The notes under the pieces: generated by a model
The model's database searches: none
What the model was told of the DNA's origin: nothing
What the model saw: the letters and a program-made list of their open reading frames with translations, nothing else
Source of the DNA: an uncultured Methanosarcinales archaeon
Lineage (GTDB): Archaea; Nanobdellota; Nanobdellia; Woesearchaeales; ARS49
Direction: 5' to 3'
Length of the DNA stretch: 64,000 bases
NCBI GenBank assembly: GCA_964362535.1
Contig: CAYIEN010000002.1
Span: 8,133-72,132 of the forward strand
Made by a program: the position numbers and the translations under genes
In this document: piece by piece, positions 17,291-25,387 of the stretch
Position numbering within the stretch: the first letter of the stretch is position 1
How the letters are laid out: each line of letters starts with the position of its first letter

Positions 17291-17682
17291 TTCGTATGAA
17301 AAAAGAAGTGATGTTCACAATCGTTGCTGTTTTTAGTGCGTTAGTCGCGATTATTCTGCCGAGAGTGTTTGCGTGGGACGGTTCTTTGACGACGTCGTTG
17401 CTCGGCATTTTGTTTGGCGTTGGTATTGCGTTTCTGGTCTGCGGACTGAGATTGGCCTTGAAGGCGCGTAAATCTGTTCGTTTGCCGTTTATTGCGGTTA
17501 TTTGGCTCATGATTGAGCCATGGTTGTCGACTTTGCCGTTGCCAAACTGGTCGAGCTGGATTGCGTTATTGACCATCATCGCGGCAATCCTTATTCTTGC
17601 GTTGGATGTGTGGAAACAGATTAATCACGGTGCAGGGAGAATGGATGATGATGTCCGACGCGGCGGATTTGATGTGTGGTAA
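17287..17682 (+). CDS. hypothetical membrane protein
   Basis: 3-4 predicted TM helices. GTG at 17287 overlaps the upstream stop; ATG at 17296 is an alternative start. Confidence 0.5.
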   Translation: MIRMKKEVMFTIVAVFSALVAIILPRVFAWDGSLTTSLLGILFGVGIAFLVCGLRLALKARKSVRLPFIAVIWLMIEPWLSTLPLPNWSSWIALLTIIAAILILALDVWKQINHGAGRMDDDVRRGGFDVW

Positions 17683-17697
17683 AAACGAGAAATTTCT

Positions 17698-18474
17698 TTA
17701 TTCCTGTCTCTTGAATTCTGCAACTGCCTTGTGCTTTTCAGCATAAGCAATAGTCTTGTCGACTGCGTCTTTCATCATTTTTTCTGCTTTCTTGAAGTCG
17801 TCGGACTTAACCGTCAAATGGTATGTTCCGTTGCCTTTGTATTTGATGCTTAAGTCGCCAGCAGTTGTAAGTGCTTCGTTCAGCGCGCCAGTAATGACGT
17901 CAATGCCGTCTGGGGCAGTGCTGGAAATCATGAAGTCACCGATGAGTTGGACCTCGGGAGGTCGAATCTTCAGCTTGACTGCTTCAGAGAAATCTTTTGC
18001 AAGCGTTGCTTCTAAGCCGATTGCTTCGAAGGTGTCTTCGTCGCGTGCGACTGATTCAAACGCGGGGAATAATGCACCGTATTTTGCAAAGATGGGTTCT
18101 CTGACTTTCAAGTAAAGTGCTTTGGGATCGATTTTGCGGGCTTTGGCAACGTGTTCGAGAATCTTTTCTGCGAACTGTTCCTGCTTCATGTCGTTCAATT
18201 TGGTGCGTCTGTGACCTTCGTTGACGCGTCGTAATGACAAGTCAATGTGTCCGCGTTCCAAGTTAATCTGCAGAACCTTACACACAATCTTTTTGCCTTC
18301 GGCGACGAATTCTCGGATGTTTTTGATGCGTCCGGGCGCGATTTCAGAAATGTGTATCATGCCTGATTTGCTGTATTCGTCGAGCGTGCAGAAGACGCTG
18401 TGGGGCTGAACGTTGGTAACGGTGCAAAGAACTAATTCTTCATTTGCGGGAAAGCCTTCTTTCTTGAGTAGCAT
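17698..18474 (-). CDS. eif2a: translation initiation factor aIF2 alpha subunit
   Basis: N-terminal S1 domain (EELVLCTVTNVQPHSVFCTLDEY...GMIHISEIAPGRIKNIREFV) followed by helical and alpha-beta domains. Length 258 aa. Confidence 0.9.
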   Translation of the reverse strand: MLLKKEGFPANEELVLCTVTNVQPHSVFCTLDEYSKSGMIHISEIAPGRIKNIREFVAEGKKIVCKVLQINLERGHIDLSLRRVNEGHRRTKLNDMKQEQFAEKILEHVAKARKIDPKALYLKVREPIFAKYGALFPAFESVARDEDTFEAIGLEATLAKDFSEAVKLKIRPPEVQLIGDFMISSTAPDGIDVITGALNEALTTAGDLSIKYKGNGTYHLTVKSDDFKKAEKMMKDAVDKTIAYAEKHKAVAEFKRQE

Positions 18475-18527
18475 AGACGAAAGGGACAGAAGGGGGTTTA
18501 AAAAGGTTTACGTCGAAACCGCGGGGT

Positions 18528-18917
18528 TCAGAACTTTTCTTTTCCGAACACTTTCTTCTCGAGGCTCCACGTCTTGGCGCCGTATGCGAGTGTCGCGATG
18601 AAGGCTATTACGAAAGTGAGCGCGGCTCCGCCGTTGTTGGTTATGGGGTTCCAGTTGCCGGTTTTTGTGTGGACGTAGAATGCTACAAGCATCTCGATGA
18701 TGCCGAAAAATGATGCTGGCCGCACGAGTACGCCGGTCACCAGTCCGAGGCCGATCAATAGCTGTCCTGCGCCGGCAAACCAGCCCAGAGAAAAGGTCAC
18801 AGGAATCGTGCCCCAGATTCCGAAGAAGTTCTTCAGTCCGTACATGAAGAAAAATAGTCCTAACAATATCCTGAATGTCGAGTAAAGATAATCGTCTCGC
18901 GGGTGTGCTTTTGCCAT
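18528..18917 (-). CDS. DoxX family membrane protein
   Basis: Four TM helices with a FRILLGLFFFMYGLKNF DoxX-like N-terminus. ATG at 18917 is preceded by AGGAG. The track start at 18974 is over-extended. Confidence 0.7.
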   Translation of the reverse strand: MAKAHPRDDYLYSTFRILLGLFFFMYGLKNFFGIWGTIPVTFSLGWFAGAGQLLIGLGLVTGVLVRPASFFGIIEMLVAFYVHTKTGNWNPITNNGGAALTFVIAFIATLAYGAKTWSLEKKVFGKEKF

Positions 18918-18993
18918 GCTCAATCTCCTTTTTCTTAGGGGGAGTAAGAGAGGTGTAGTATATAAAATGTGCATTTACGAAAAAATGGCAGAA

Positions 18994-19179
18994 TTATTCT
19001 AACACTTCAAGTACGCGTGCTTTGACCTTGCTTTTGCCGCCTGTCGGGTCTGCGAGTATTTTTTGGCAGATGAGGCATTTGATGCTGGTCGATGCTCTGC
19101 CGAAAATGATTTGTTCATTCTTGCATTTCGGGCAGCGCACTTTGACGAATTTGCTCGTGGTTTGTTTGAGTCCTTTCAT
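18994..19179 (-). CDS. rps27e: 30S ribosomal protein S27e
   Basis: VRCPKCKNEQIIFGRASTSIKCLICQKIL C4 zinc ribbon; 61 aa. Confidence 0.9.
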   Translation of the reverse strand: MKGLKQTTSKFVKVRCPKCKNEQIIFGRASTSIKCLICQKILADPTGGKSKVKARVLEVLE

Positions 19180-19238
19180 GGTTTCTCTAGTGAAGAAACA
19201 CAGGGAGGGGTTTATAAAGCTTTGCTCACAGGTTCAGA

Positions 19239-19562
19239 ATGTTTAAAAGCAGTCTTCTGGTTTTTTGTTGTATGGAGAAGAGAACGCCGTATGACAATAT
19301 TTGTTCTATTTTGGTGAGCATACACGAAGATTTGCGCAAACAGGATTCGGATAATCCTCTGCTGAAATTCATTGACGTTCGGGGCGATGACATTTTTTCG
19401 TTTCGTGACGAGTACAAATCGGAATACATCCAAACGTTTGAACAAGAATTCGGGCACCTGTCGCACTTGGAAAAATTGGAAATGGGTTTGGGAAAGTATT
19501 TTCGCGCATTGGAACAGGCATATTTAGAAAATGGTAACTTTCGTCCTAAATCAGAGCCTTAA
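19239..19562 (+). CDS. hypothetical protein, paralog A of a tandem pair
   Basis: Shares PLLxFIxVxG..F.F....EY...FExEF..L...ELGLGKY with the next gene. The palindromic TTTATAAA box (19211-19218) is 24.5 nt upstream of the ATG at 19239. ATG at 19272 is an alternative start. Confidence 0.5.
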   Translation: MFKSSLLVFCCMEKRTPYDNICSILVSIHEDLRKQDSDNPLLKFIDVRGDDIFSFRDEYKSEYIQTFEQEFGHLSHLEKLEMGLGKYFRALEQAYLENGNFRPKSEP

Positions 19563-19627
19563 TCATCAACGTGAACATATTCCCTCTATAGCCAATCATT
19601 AAAAGCATTCTTTAAGGGTTAGAGTAT

Positions 19628-19900
19628 GTGGAAAATTTAGGTGAGTTGGTGACGCAGGCGCATTGTCATCTTGCTATGCTGGAGCGGAGTCATCCGTTGT
19701 TGAGTTACATTAAGGTTGATGGAGCGGGTTCGTTTAGGTTTCAGCCCGAGCATTTCGCTGAATACTTGGAACAGTTTGAGTCAGAATTCAGCAAGTTGCC
19801 TCAAAAGCAGGAGTTAGGGTTGGGAAAATATTACCATTCCGTGCGTGTTGTGTGTCAGGAATTGCAGAACACGCGTCCGAAAAAAGTTACGCAGAGTTGA
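19628..19900 (+). CDS. hypothetical protein, paralog B of a tandem pair
   Basis: GTG start. About 35 percent identity by eye to the preceding gene over about 75 residues. Confidence 0.5.
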   Translation: MENLGELVTQAHCHLAMLERSHPLLSYIKVDGAGSFRFQPEHFAEYLEQFESEFSKLPQKQELGLGKYYHSVRVVCQELQNTRPKKVTQS

Positions 19901-20948
19901 TCATGGACGGCACGAGTTGTGCGTCGGGGTGTTCGTCTGAGAATTTGTGGTCTTCTGGTGCGTAGGGACAGATCCAGAGTGTTTTCGCGTTTTTTTCGTC
20001 GCACATTGTTTTAACGGAAGTATCCATTTTTGTTCTTAGCACATAGTCTGCGATTGGGATGACAACGTTGAGGTTTTTGTTCATTTTTGCGTGGTGTCCG
20101 TAGTGGTGGCGGTGCATTTTTCTGAAGGGCGAAAGTTTTCCACCGCGAACCCAGTTCATGAAGCCGCTTTTTGTTTTTGCCCAAACTCCTCGTGACGCGC
20201 GTGCTTCTGTTTCGTAAACAACGAATTCATCGACAAGGTTGTCGATGACGAATTCGGCTGATTTGTCCGTGACTTTTACTCCTCGCGAAAGATTGTGTTC
20301 GAAATAGTGTGTGCATTCTGCCTGCAAGTCAGCGGGAATGATGCGTTTGCCAGAGCCGTGTTTGGCTTCTTTGCGGGCGGTGTTGATGACGTAATTGCTT
20401 AAGTTGTCCATGAATGGGAGAGGGAAGAGTGCGTTGCCGTCAGGTTTGTCTTGTACGTGGTGCGCGAATGATTTCTGCACTTGATAGAGCTCTTTTTCGA
20501 GGACGTGCATCCAGTTGTGGGTGGTTTCGTACGCGCGGTAGTAGCTCATGACTGAGGCAGTGACTCCCGTTACGAGTCCTGCCGCTTGTGCGAAGTTCAT
20601 TGCGTGTTCGGGAACGAGTGCGTTGTATGCTGCTGCGATTCCCGCGCTGAATCCGGCGCTGCCGAAGAAGATTTTTGCGATTTCTCCCCAGCCGAATTCG
20701 CTGGTGATGTTGTCGTTCCAGGTGTCTTGGAAGTAGTGTTTGGGTGCTTTGTACGCGCCGTGGTGTTCGTCTTGGTGCGTTTTTGATTGGCGTTCGTTGA
20801 TGTGCGGAATGCGCTTGTTTTTGGGCTGGTGCATCAGGTATTTGTGGATGCCCCATTCAACAAAACTCGTGAGTGGGGTCATGACTGCGTAAGAAGCTGC
20901 GGCGTATGGCGCTGCTTGTTTGACTGACGAAAGAATTTCTTCCAGCAT
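19887..20948 (-). CDS. membrane di-iron fatty acid hydroxylase/desaturase-family protein
   Basis: Histidine boxes HKYLMH, HQDEHH, HNWMH and HRHHYGHH between hydrophobic segments. The start is set at the ATG at 20948 because a TTTTTAAA box is centred 26.5 nt upstream. The track start is GTG at 20993. Confidence 0.55.
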   Translation of the reverse strand: MLEEILSSVKQAAPYAAASYAVMTPLTSFVEWGIHKYLMHQPKNKRIPHINERQSKTHQDEHHGAYKAPKHYFQDTWNDNITSEFGWGEIAKIFFGSAGFSAGIAAAYNALVPEHAMNFAQAAGLVTGVTASVMSYYRAYETTHNWMHVLEKELYQVQKSFAHHVQDKPDGNALFPLPFMDNLSNYVINTARKEAKHGSGKRIIPADLQAECTHYFEHNLSRGVKVTDKSAEFVIDNLVDEFVVYETEARASRGVWAKTKSGFMNWVRGGKLSPFRKMHRHHYGHHAKMNKNLNVVIPIADYVLRTKMDTSVKTMCDEKNAKTLWICPYAPEDHKFSDEHPDAQLVPSMINSA

Positions 20949-21065
20949 ATGCCGAGAATGCAGCATTCGCTTTAAAAACCTTATGTGGACCACATGAGTT
21001 AAATAGTGGTTTGTTGTTTTGGAGTGTATGAAATATGAATCGGTGCGTTTGCACGGAGGTGCGTA

Positions 21066-21224
21066 ATGGGATGCGATTGTGGTAGTGGTGGCTGTTGTGG
21101 TGGCTCGGAAGAAAAGATGAGCCCTGCGGAACAGGTCAAGATGCTCAAGAACTATGAGAAAGAGCTTGCGCAGGAAATGAAGGACGTTGCCGCCAAAATC
21201 AAGGAATTGTCCAAGAAGAAGTAG
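21066..21224 (+). CDS. small Cys-rich protein (52 aa) with C-terminal coiled coil
   Basis: Not in the track. GGAGGTG SD 4 nt upstream. MGCDCGSGGCCGGSEEKMSPAEQVKMLKNYEKELAQEMKDVAAKIKELSKKK*. An oligo-T terminator follows immediately. Confidence 0.5.
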   Translation: MGCDCGSGGCCGGSEEKMSPAEQVKMLKNYEKELAQEMKDVAAKIKELSKKK

Positions 21225-21238
21225 TTTTTTTGTTTTTT
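21225..21238 (+). terminator. oligo-T terminator
   Basis: T7-G-T6 directly after the stop codon of the small Cys-rich ORF. Confidence 0.5.
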
Positions 21239-21293
21239 ATTATTAAGGTTCTTTTTCGTGTCGTTTTTCCGTTTTTAATGAGGGTGTGTTCAG

Positions 21294-21310
21294 GCGATGC
21301 ATTTAAAAAC
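21294..21310 (+). promoter_or_regulatory. 17-mer GCGATGCATTTAAAAAC (BRE/TATA-like) upstream of enolase
   Basis: Identical 17-mer at 25340-25356 upstream of prs. A second TATA-like palindrome, ACGCTTTAAAAGCGT, follows before the ATG at 21347. Confidence 0.4.
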
Positions 21311-21346
21311 GTGCTTCACGCTTTAAAAGCGTAAAGAGTGTGATGT

Positions 21347-22642
21347 ATGTTCAAAATTACCCGCGTGTTTGCTCGTGAAGTTCTTGATAGTAGGGGTAAC
21401 CCTACGGTTGAGGTTGATGTGCACACGTCTGCTGGCCGGTTTGGTCGCGAGATGGTGCCGTCTGGGGCGAGTACGGGTGTTCACGAAGCGCTTGAGTTAA
21501 GGGATGGTGGCAAGCGGTATCTGGGTATGGGCGTGCAACGCGCGGTTAGAAATGTCAACCAGATTCTTGGTCCAAAAATTGTTGGTTTTGATGTTCGTCA
21601 GCAAAGAGATATTGATGACAGGCTTAGAGATATTGATGGCACGGCGAACAAGTCTGTTCTGGGTGCAAATGCTATTTTGGGGGTTAGTCTTGCGGTAGCA
21701 CGAGCCGCAGCAGTCTCGAGCGATATGCCGATGTATCAGTATCTTGGTAGTTTATGCGGAACGAAGAAATACATTCTTCCAGCGCCATTCATGAATGTGA
21801 TTAATGGAGGTCGTCATGCGGGGACGAATATTGATTTTCAGGAGTTCATGATTGTGCCGTTTGGAAAGACGTTTGCGGATAGTTTGAGAATGGGTTCGGA
21901 AGTGTATCATGAATTGAAGAATCTGCTCGTCAAGAATTATGGTAAGGAAGCTGCCAATGTGGGCGATGAAGGTGGTTTTACGCCGCATTGTCATGGAGGG
22001 GGTAATACGGTGTGTGAGTTGATTGAGGAGCCGTTGGATATGTTGTCGGAAGCGGTGAATAATCTAGGCTATCAGAAGGAAGTAAAATTTGCGATGGATG
22101 TTGCGGCGTCGGAGTTTCACCGGCAGGGCAAGTATGTGGTGAGGGGCAAGCATATGTCTGCGGGCGAATTAAGTGATGTGTACGCAGAACTCGCGAAGAA
22201 ATATCCTATTATCAGCATTGAGGATCCGTTTCATCAGGAGGCGTTCAAGGAATTTGCTTCATTAACAAAGCGTTTGCAGGGCAAAGTGCAGGTTGTCGCG
22301 GATGATTTGACCGTTACGAATTCGCAGCGTATCAGGGAAGCGATTAAGGCAAAGTCTGCGAGTTGTTTGTTGTTGAAGGTGAACCAGATTGGGACGTTGT
22401 CAGAATCGCTTGACGCGTCGCAGTTGGCGAAGCGTGCGGGTTGGAACACGATGGTGAGCCATCGGTCTGGTGAGACGGAGAACCATTTCATTTCAGACTT
22501 GGCGGTTGGTATGGCAACGCAGCAAATCAAGGCAGGAGCTCCCGCGCGAGGCGAACGGACGAGTAAGTACAATCAGCTTTTGAGAATCGAGGAAAAGTTA
22601 GGCTCGAAGGCAAAAATATGCGGTAAGGATTGTTGGAAGTAG
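21347..22642 (+). CDS. eno: enolase (phosphopyruvate hydratase)
   Basis: Full-length match to the enolase pattern: REVLDSRGNPTVEVDV, SGASTG.HEA.ELRD, and the C-terminal SHRSGETE and KYNQLLRIEE. Confidence 0.95.
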   Translation: MFKITRVFAREVLDSRGNPTVEVDVHTSAGRFGREMVPSGASTGVHEALELRDGGKRYLGMGVQRAVRNVNQILGPKIVGFDVRQQRDIDDRLRDIDGTANKSVLGANAILGVSLAVARAAAVSSDMPMYQYLGSLCGTKKYILPAPFMNVINGGRHAGTNIDFQEFMIVPFGKTFADSLRMGSEVYHELKNLLVKNYGKEAANVGDEGGFTPHCHGGGNTVCELIEEPLDMLSEAVNNLGYQKEVKFAMDVAASEFHRQGKYVVRGKHMSAGELSDVYAELAKKYPIISIEDPFHQEAFKEFASLTKRLQGKVQVVADDLTVTNSQRIREAIKAKSASCLLLKVNQIGTLSESLDASQLAKRAGWNTMVSHRSGETENHFISDLAVGMATQQIKAGAPARGERTSKYNQLLRIEEKLGSKAKICGKDCWK

Positions 22643-22663
22643 GGTTCTGTTCGGGCGTTGAGC

Positions 22664-23488
22664 TTATTCTGGTTCGTAGAGGTTTTCGCGTAAAGCAATA
22701 ATGATTTCTTTCACTTTTGCAGGAGACAGTTTGGGGTATTCGGAGAGAATTCGATCCGTGAGCGCTTTGTCATCGTTAATGATGTCTGAAAGTATGGGTC
22801 CGTCTCTTCGCTCTGCGAGGTCTCGTGCAGTATCAATTGCGTCTCGGGAAATTTTCGCCTGTTTCTTTGGCACACCAGTCGGTTTTCCCGCGAGAAAATC
22901 AGTAATGATGGCTTTCAACTTTTTCCGTTGGGCATCAGTAAAGGGCGAATCGGGGTAGTCTGCATGGAGTGCTTCCGCAATTCCTGATTCTTTATGCACG
23001 ATGAGTTTAAACAAGAACAGGAAGGTTGTGTCTGGTGCATTGGTGTATCCCGTTTTTTGGTATTCCATTGCTTTTGCAGGATTTTTTTTGATGAGCTGAA
23101 TGGTTTGTAGTTCGAGTATCAGAATTTGTTTTAGTTTTCTGAACAGTTTAGGCACCGTGACTTCATCCGCAGGGTTGTCAAAATTCATTGGGACTGATTT
23201 TATATCGCGTAGTTCTGAAATGACTTCCTCCTCTGTTTTCTCGATGACATCAAGATCGATAAGTTCACGCGTGATAAGCTTCTCGATGTGCAGAACGCAG
23301 CTCAAATTGTTCGCGAGAACTTGCTGCATGTCATTGCGGTCAAGCTCATCAGGTCGTACATATTTGAGTCCTTTTGCAGCGCGTTCTTTGTCTTCGAAAG
23401 AAAGAAGATAGTCTACCAAAATCTTGTCAGCAGAGGTCTGTTCAGAGGGATTTTTATTTTTTTTTGTTAGCCAGTCGAGCAGACCCAT
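22664..23488 (-). CDS. hypothetical protein (274 aa)
   Basis: Clean ORF. A TTAATATA box is centred about 27 nt upstream of the ATG. No recognised family. Confidence 0.6.
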   Translation of the reverse strand: MGLLDWLTKKNKNPSEQTSADKILVDYLLSFEDKERAAKGLKYVRPDELDRNDMQQVLANNLSCVLHIEKLITRELIDLDVIEKTEEEVISELRDIKSVPMNFDNPADEVTVPKLFRKLKQILILELQTIQLIKKNPAKAMEYQKTGYTNAPDTTFLFLFKLIVHKESGIAEALHADYPDSPFTDAQRKKLKAIITDFLAGKPTGVPKKQAKISRDAIDTARDLAERRDGPILSDIINDDKALTDRILSEYPKLSPAKVKEIIIALRENLYEPE

Positions 23489-24067
23489 GTATCTTCACAA
23501 AAACTCAGCATATATTAAGCTTATCATAATATGTCAAATGATAGAATAAGTTTTAATGAAAATAAAAAAAAGTAGGGCTGGATGGTGCCGATGTTGAAGG
23601 TCACCACCTCGTTTGTCGTAGAGGCACCATCTTCCCTTTTGCCGGTTAGGGCTTCTCTGGCATTTCTTCCGTTATGTTCTTTCTCTTCTACGTTTTCTCT
23701 TCTTCTTTTCTATTTCTGTCGACACCGTTGATAGATGTCTTAAGAATTCATAAGACGTTGAAGTATAACTAGGTTGTGAATTAATACGTTTTGTCGTCGG
23801 GCGCGAATAAAGTGCTGCCGCTATGTAAAAAATATATACGGCATATATTATTCGCGAGCGTGAGTGCTATTCGTCATCACGCATTGTTTTTGTTTTTTCT
23901 CGAACAACGTCTTTTACTGCTGCGCCCCAGCGCAAGAAGTCTTGCTGGACGAGGCGGTCCGTTTGTTTTGTCACAAATTCCCCCGTCTTCACTCGGATTA
24001 TTTTGATTGTTGTTGAAATATTTAAACGTTATGAACTATTTTTGCACTTTTAGCAAGAAAAAAGAAA

Positions 24068-25312
24068 TCACAGTCGAACAGCGACCATGATGTCGGAAAT
24101 ATTCGTGCCGGTTTTTCCCGTCTTGATTGCCGAATTTATTTTTTTCCAGAACATGTAGGAATTGTTGTCTTGCAGGAAGAGTGCAGGTGTGAGTTTCAAT
24201 TGTTTTGCCCGTTTGAGTGTTGTCTCGTCGGCGAGTGCGCCGGCGTAATCTGAATTGTCGCGTCCGTCAGAGCCCATGGATGCCAAGGCGGTGTGTTTCA
24301 TTGAAGCTAATGTTTCAACCGAGCCTAACACGAGTTCTTGGTTTCTTCCGCCTTTGCCGTGACCGTGCACAGTGACCGTGGTTTCGCCAGCTCCGAGAAC
24401 GGCTGTCTTTTTGCCGAGTTTGGCCAGCAGTTTGATGCCGGTGTCTCTGGCTTCGCCGTGGATGTCTTTCAGGAGTATGGATTGCAGTCCAAGTTCTTGA
24501 GCGGCTTTTTGCATCGCTGTCAATGCGTGGCTACTGTCGAGGATGAGCAAATTTTCTACTTTTTTGAATGTGTTTGCTTCTTTTGGGGTTTCAGTTAATT
24601 TCACTTGATTGAGTCCGTAGTCGGAGAGTATTCTTCGCGCATCTTTGGCAGTCGTAGAGTCAAGTACGGTTGGTCCAGAAGCAATCACGCCGAGATTATT
24701 GCCGACGACATCGGAAACAAGTAAGGTAATCACGGTTGCGGGGAATAGTTTTTCTGCGAATCTTCCGCCTTTGACGCCGTCGATGTGTTTGCGGATGGTA
24801 TTCAACTCTTGAATGGTGGCTCCTGACCGAAGGAGTTCTTTCATGAGTGCTTGGTAGTCAGGTAATGGAATTTGCGGGTCGGTGAACAACGCGCTTCCTC
24901 CGCCGGAGAATACGCAGATGACGATGTCAGATACGCCGAGTGTTTCGGTGAGAGAAATTATTTTCTTTGTGAAGGTTACGTTTTTTGCGGACGAGATAGG
25001 ATGGTCGCCGACGAGTATTTTGATGCGTTTGAGTTTGCGTGGCTGTGTGTCGATGACGAGTCCGTCTGTAATTGCGTTGCCGAGGACTGCTTCAACGCCA
25101 GCAGCCAAGCCAGCGGATGCTTTTCCTGCTCCAATCACAAATATTCTTCGTTTGGCAATGGAGATTTCGCGTTCGCCGATGTGGAGTGTATTGCCCTGAC
25201 GTCTGAGTGTTTGCGTGACGGCGACTGCAGGGTCAAGTGCTGCGAGTCCTGCTTCGAGAATCTTTAAGCAGTCTTTTGCCGCGGGGCTTTTCGCTATGGT
25301 TCTGTTAATCAT
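24068..25312 (-). CDS. glycerate 2-kinase (MOFRL family)
   Basis: DUF4147 plus MOFRL pattern: IFVIGAGKASAGLA, VFSGGGSALF, LLVSDVVGN, GETTVTVHGHGKGGRNQE. Confidence 0.8.
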   Translation of the reverse strand: MINRTIAKSPAAKDCLKILEAGLAALDPAVAVTQTLRRQGNTLHIGEREISIAKRRIFVIGAGKASAGLAAGVEAVLGNAITDGLVIDTQPRKLKRIKILVGDHPISSAKNVTFTKKIISLTETLGVSDIVICVFSGGGSALFTDPQIPLPDYQALMKELLRSGATIQELNTIRKHIDGVKGGRFAEKLFPATVITLLVSDVVGNNLGVIASGPTVLDSTTAKDARRILSDYGLNQVKLTETPKEANTFKKVENLLILDSSHALTAMQKAAQELGLQSILLKDIHGEARDTGIKLLAKLGKKTAVLGAGETTVTVHGHGKGGRNQELVLGSVETLASMKHTALASMGSDGRDNSDYAGALADETTLKRAKQLKLTPALFLQDNNSYMFWKKINSAIKTGKTGTNISDIMVAVRL

Positions 25313-25339
25313 GCTCTTTTTTACTATTTAGGTGATGGA

Positions 25340-25356
25340 GCGATGCATTTAAAAAC
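25340..25356 (+). promoter_or_regulatory. 17-mer GCGATGCATTTAAAAAC upstream of prs
   Basis: Second copy of the motif found at 21294-21310. It lies in the divergent region between the glycerate kinase and prs genes. Confidence 0.4.
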
Positions 25357-25387
25357 ATTTGTTGTATTTAAAGGGGTGAAAAGAGGC

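Noticed and set aside
23791-24006. 71-aa plus-strand ORF in the long intergenic region
   Set aside because: The product is Leu/Ser/Arg/Phe-rich low complexity with no SD or properly spaced TATA box. The region is better treated as non-coding pending RNA evidence.
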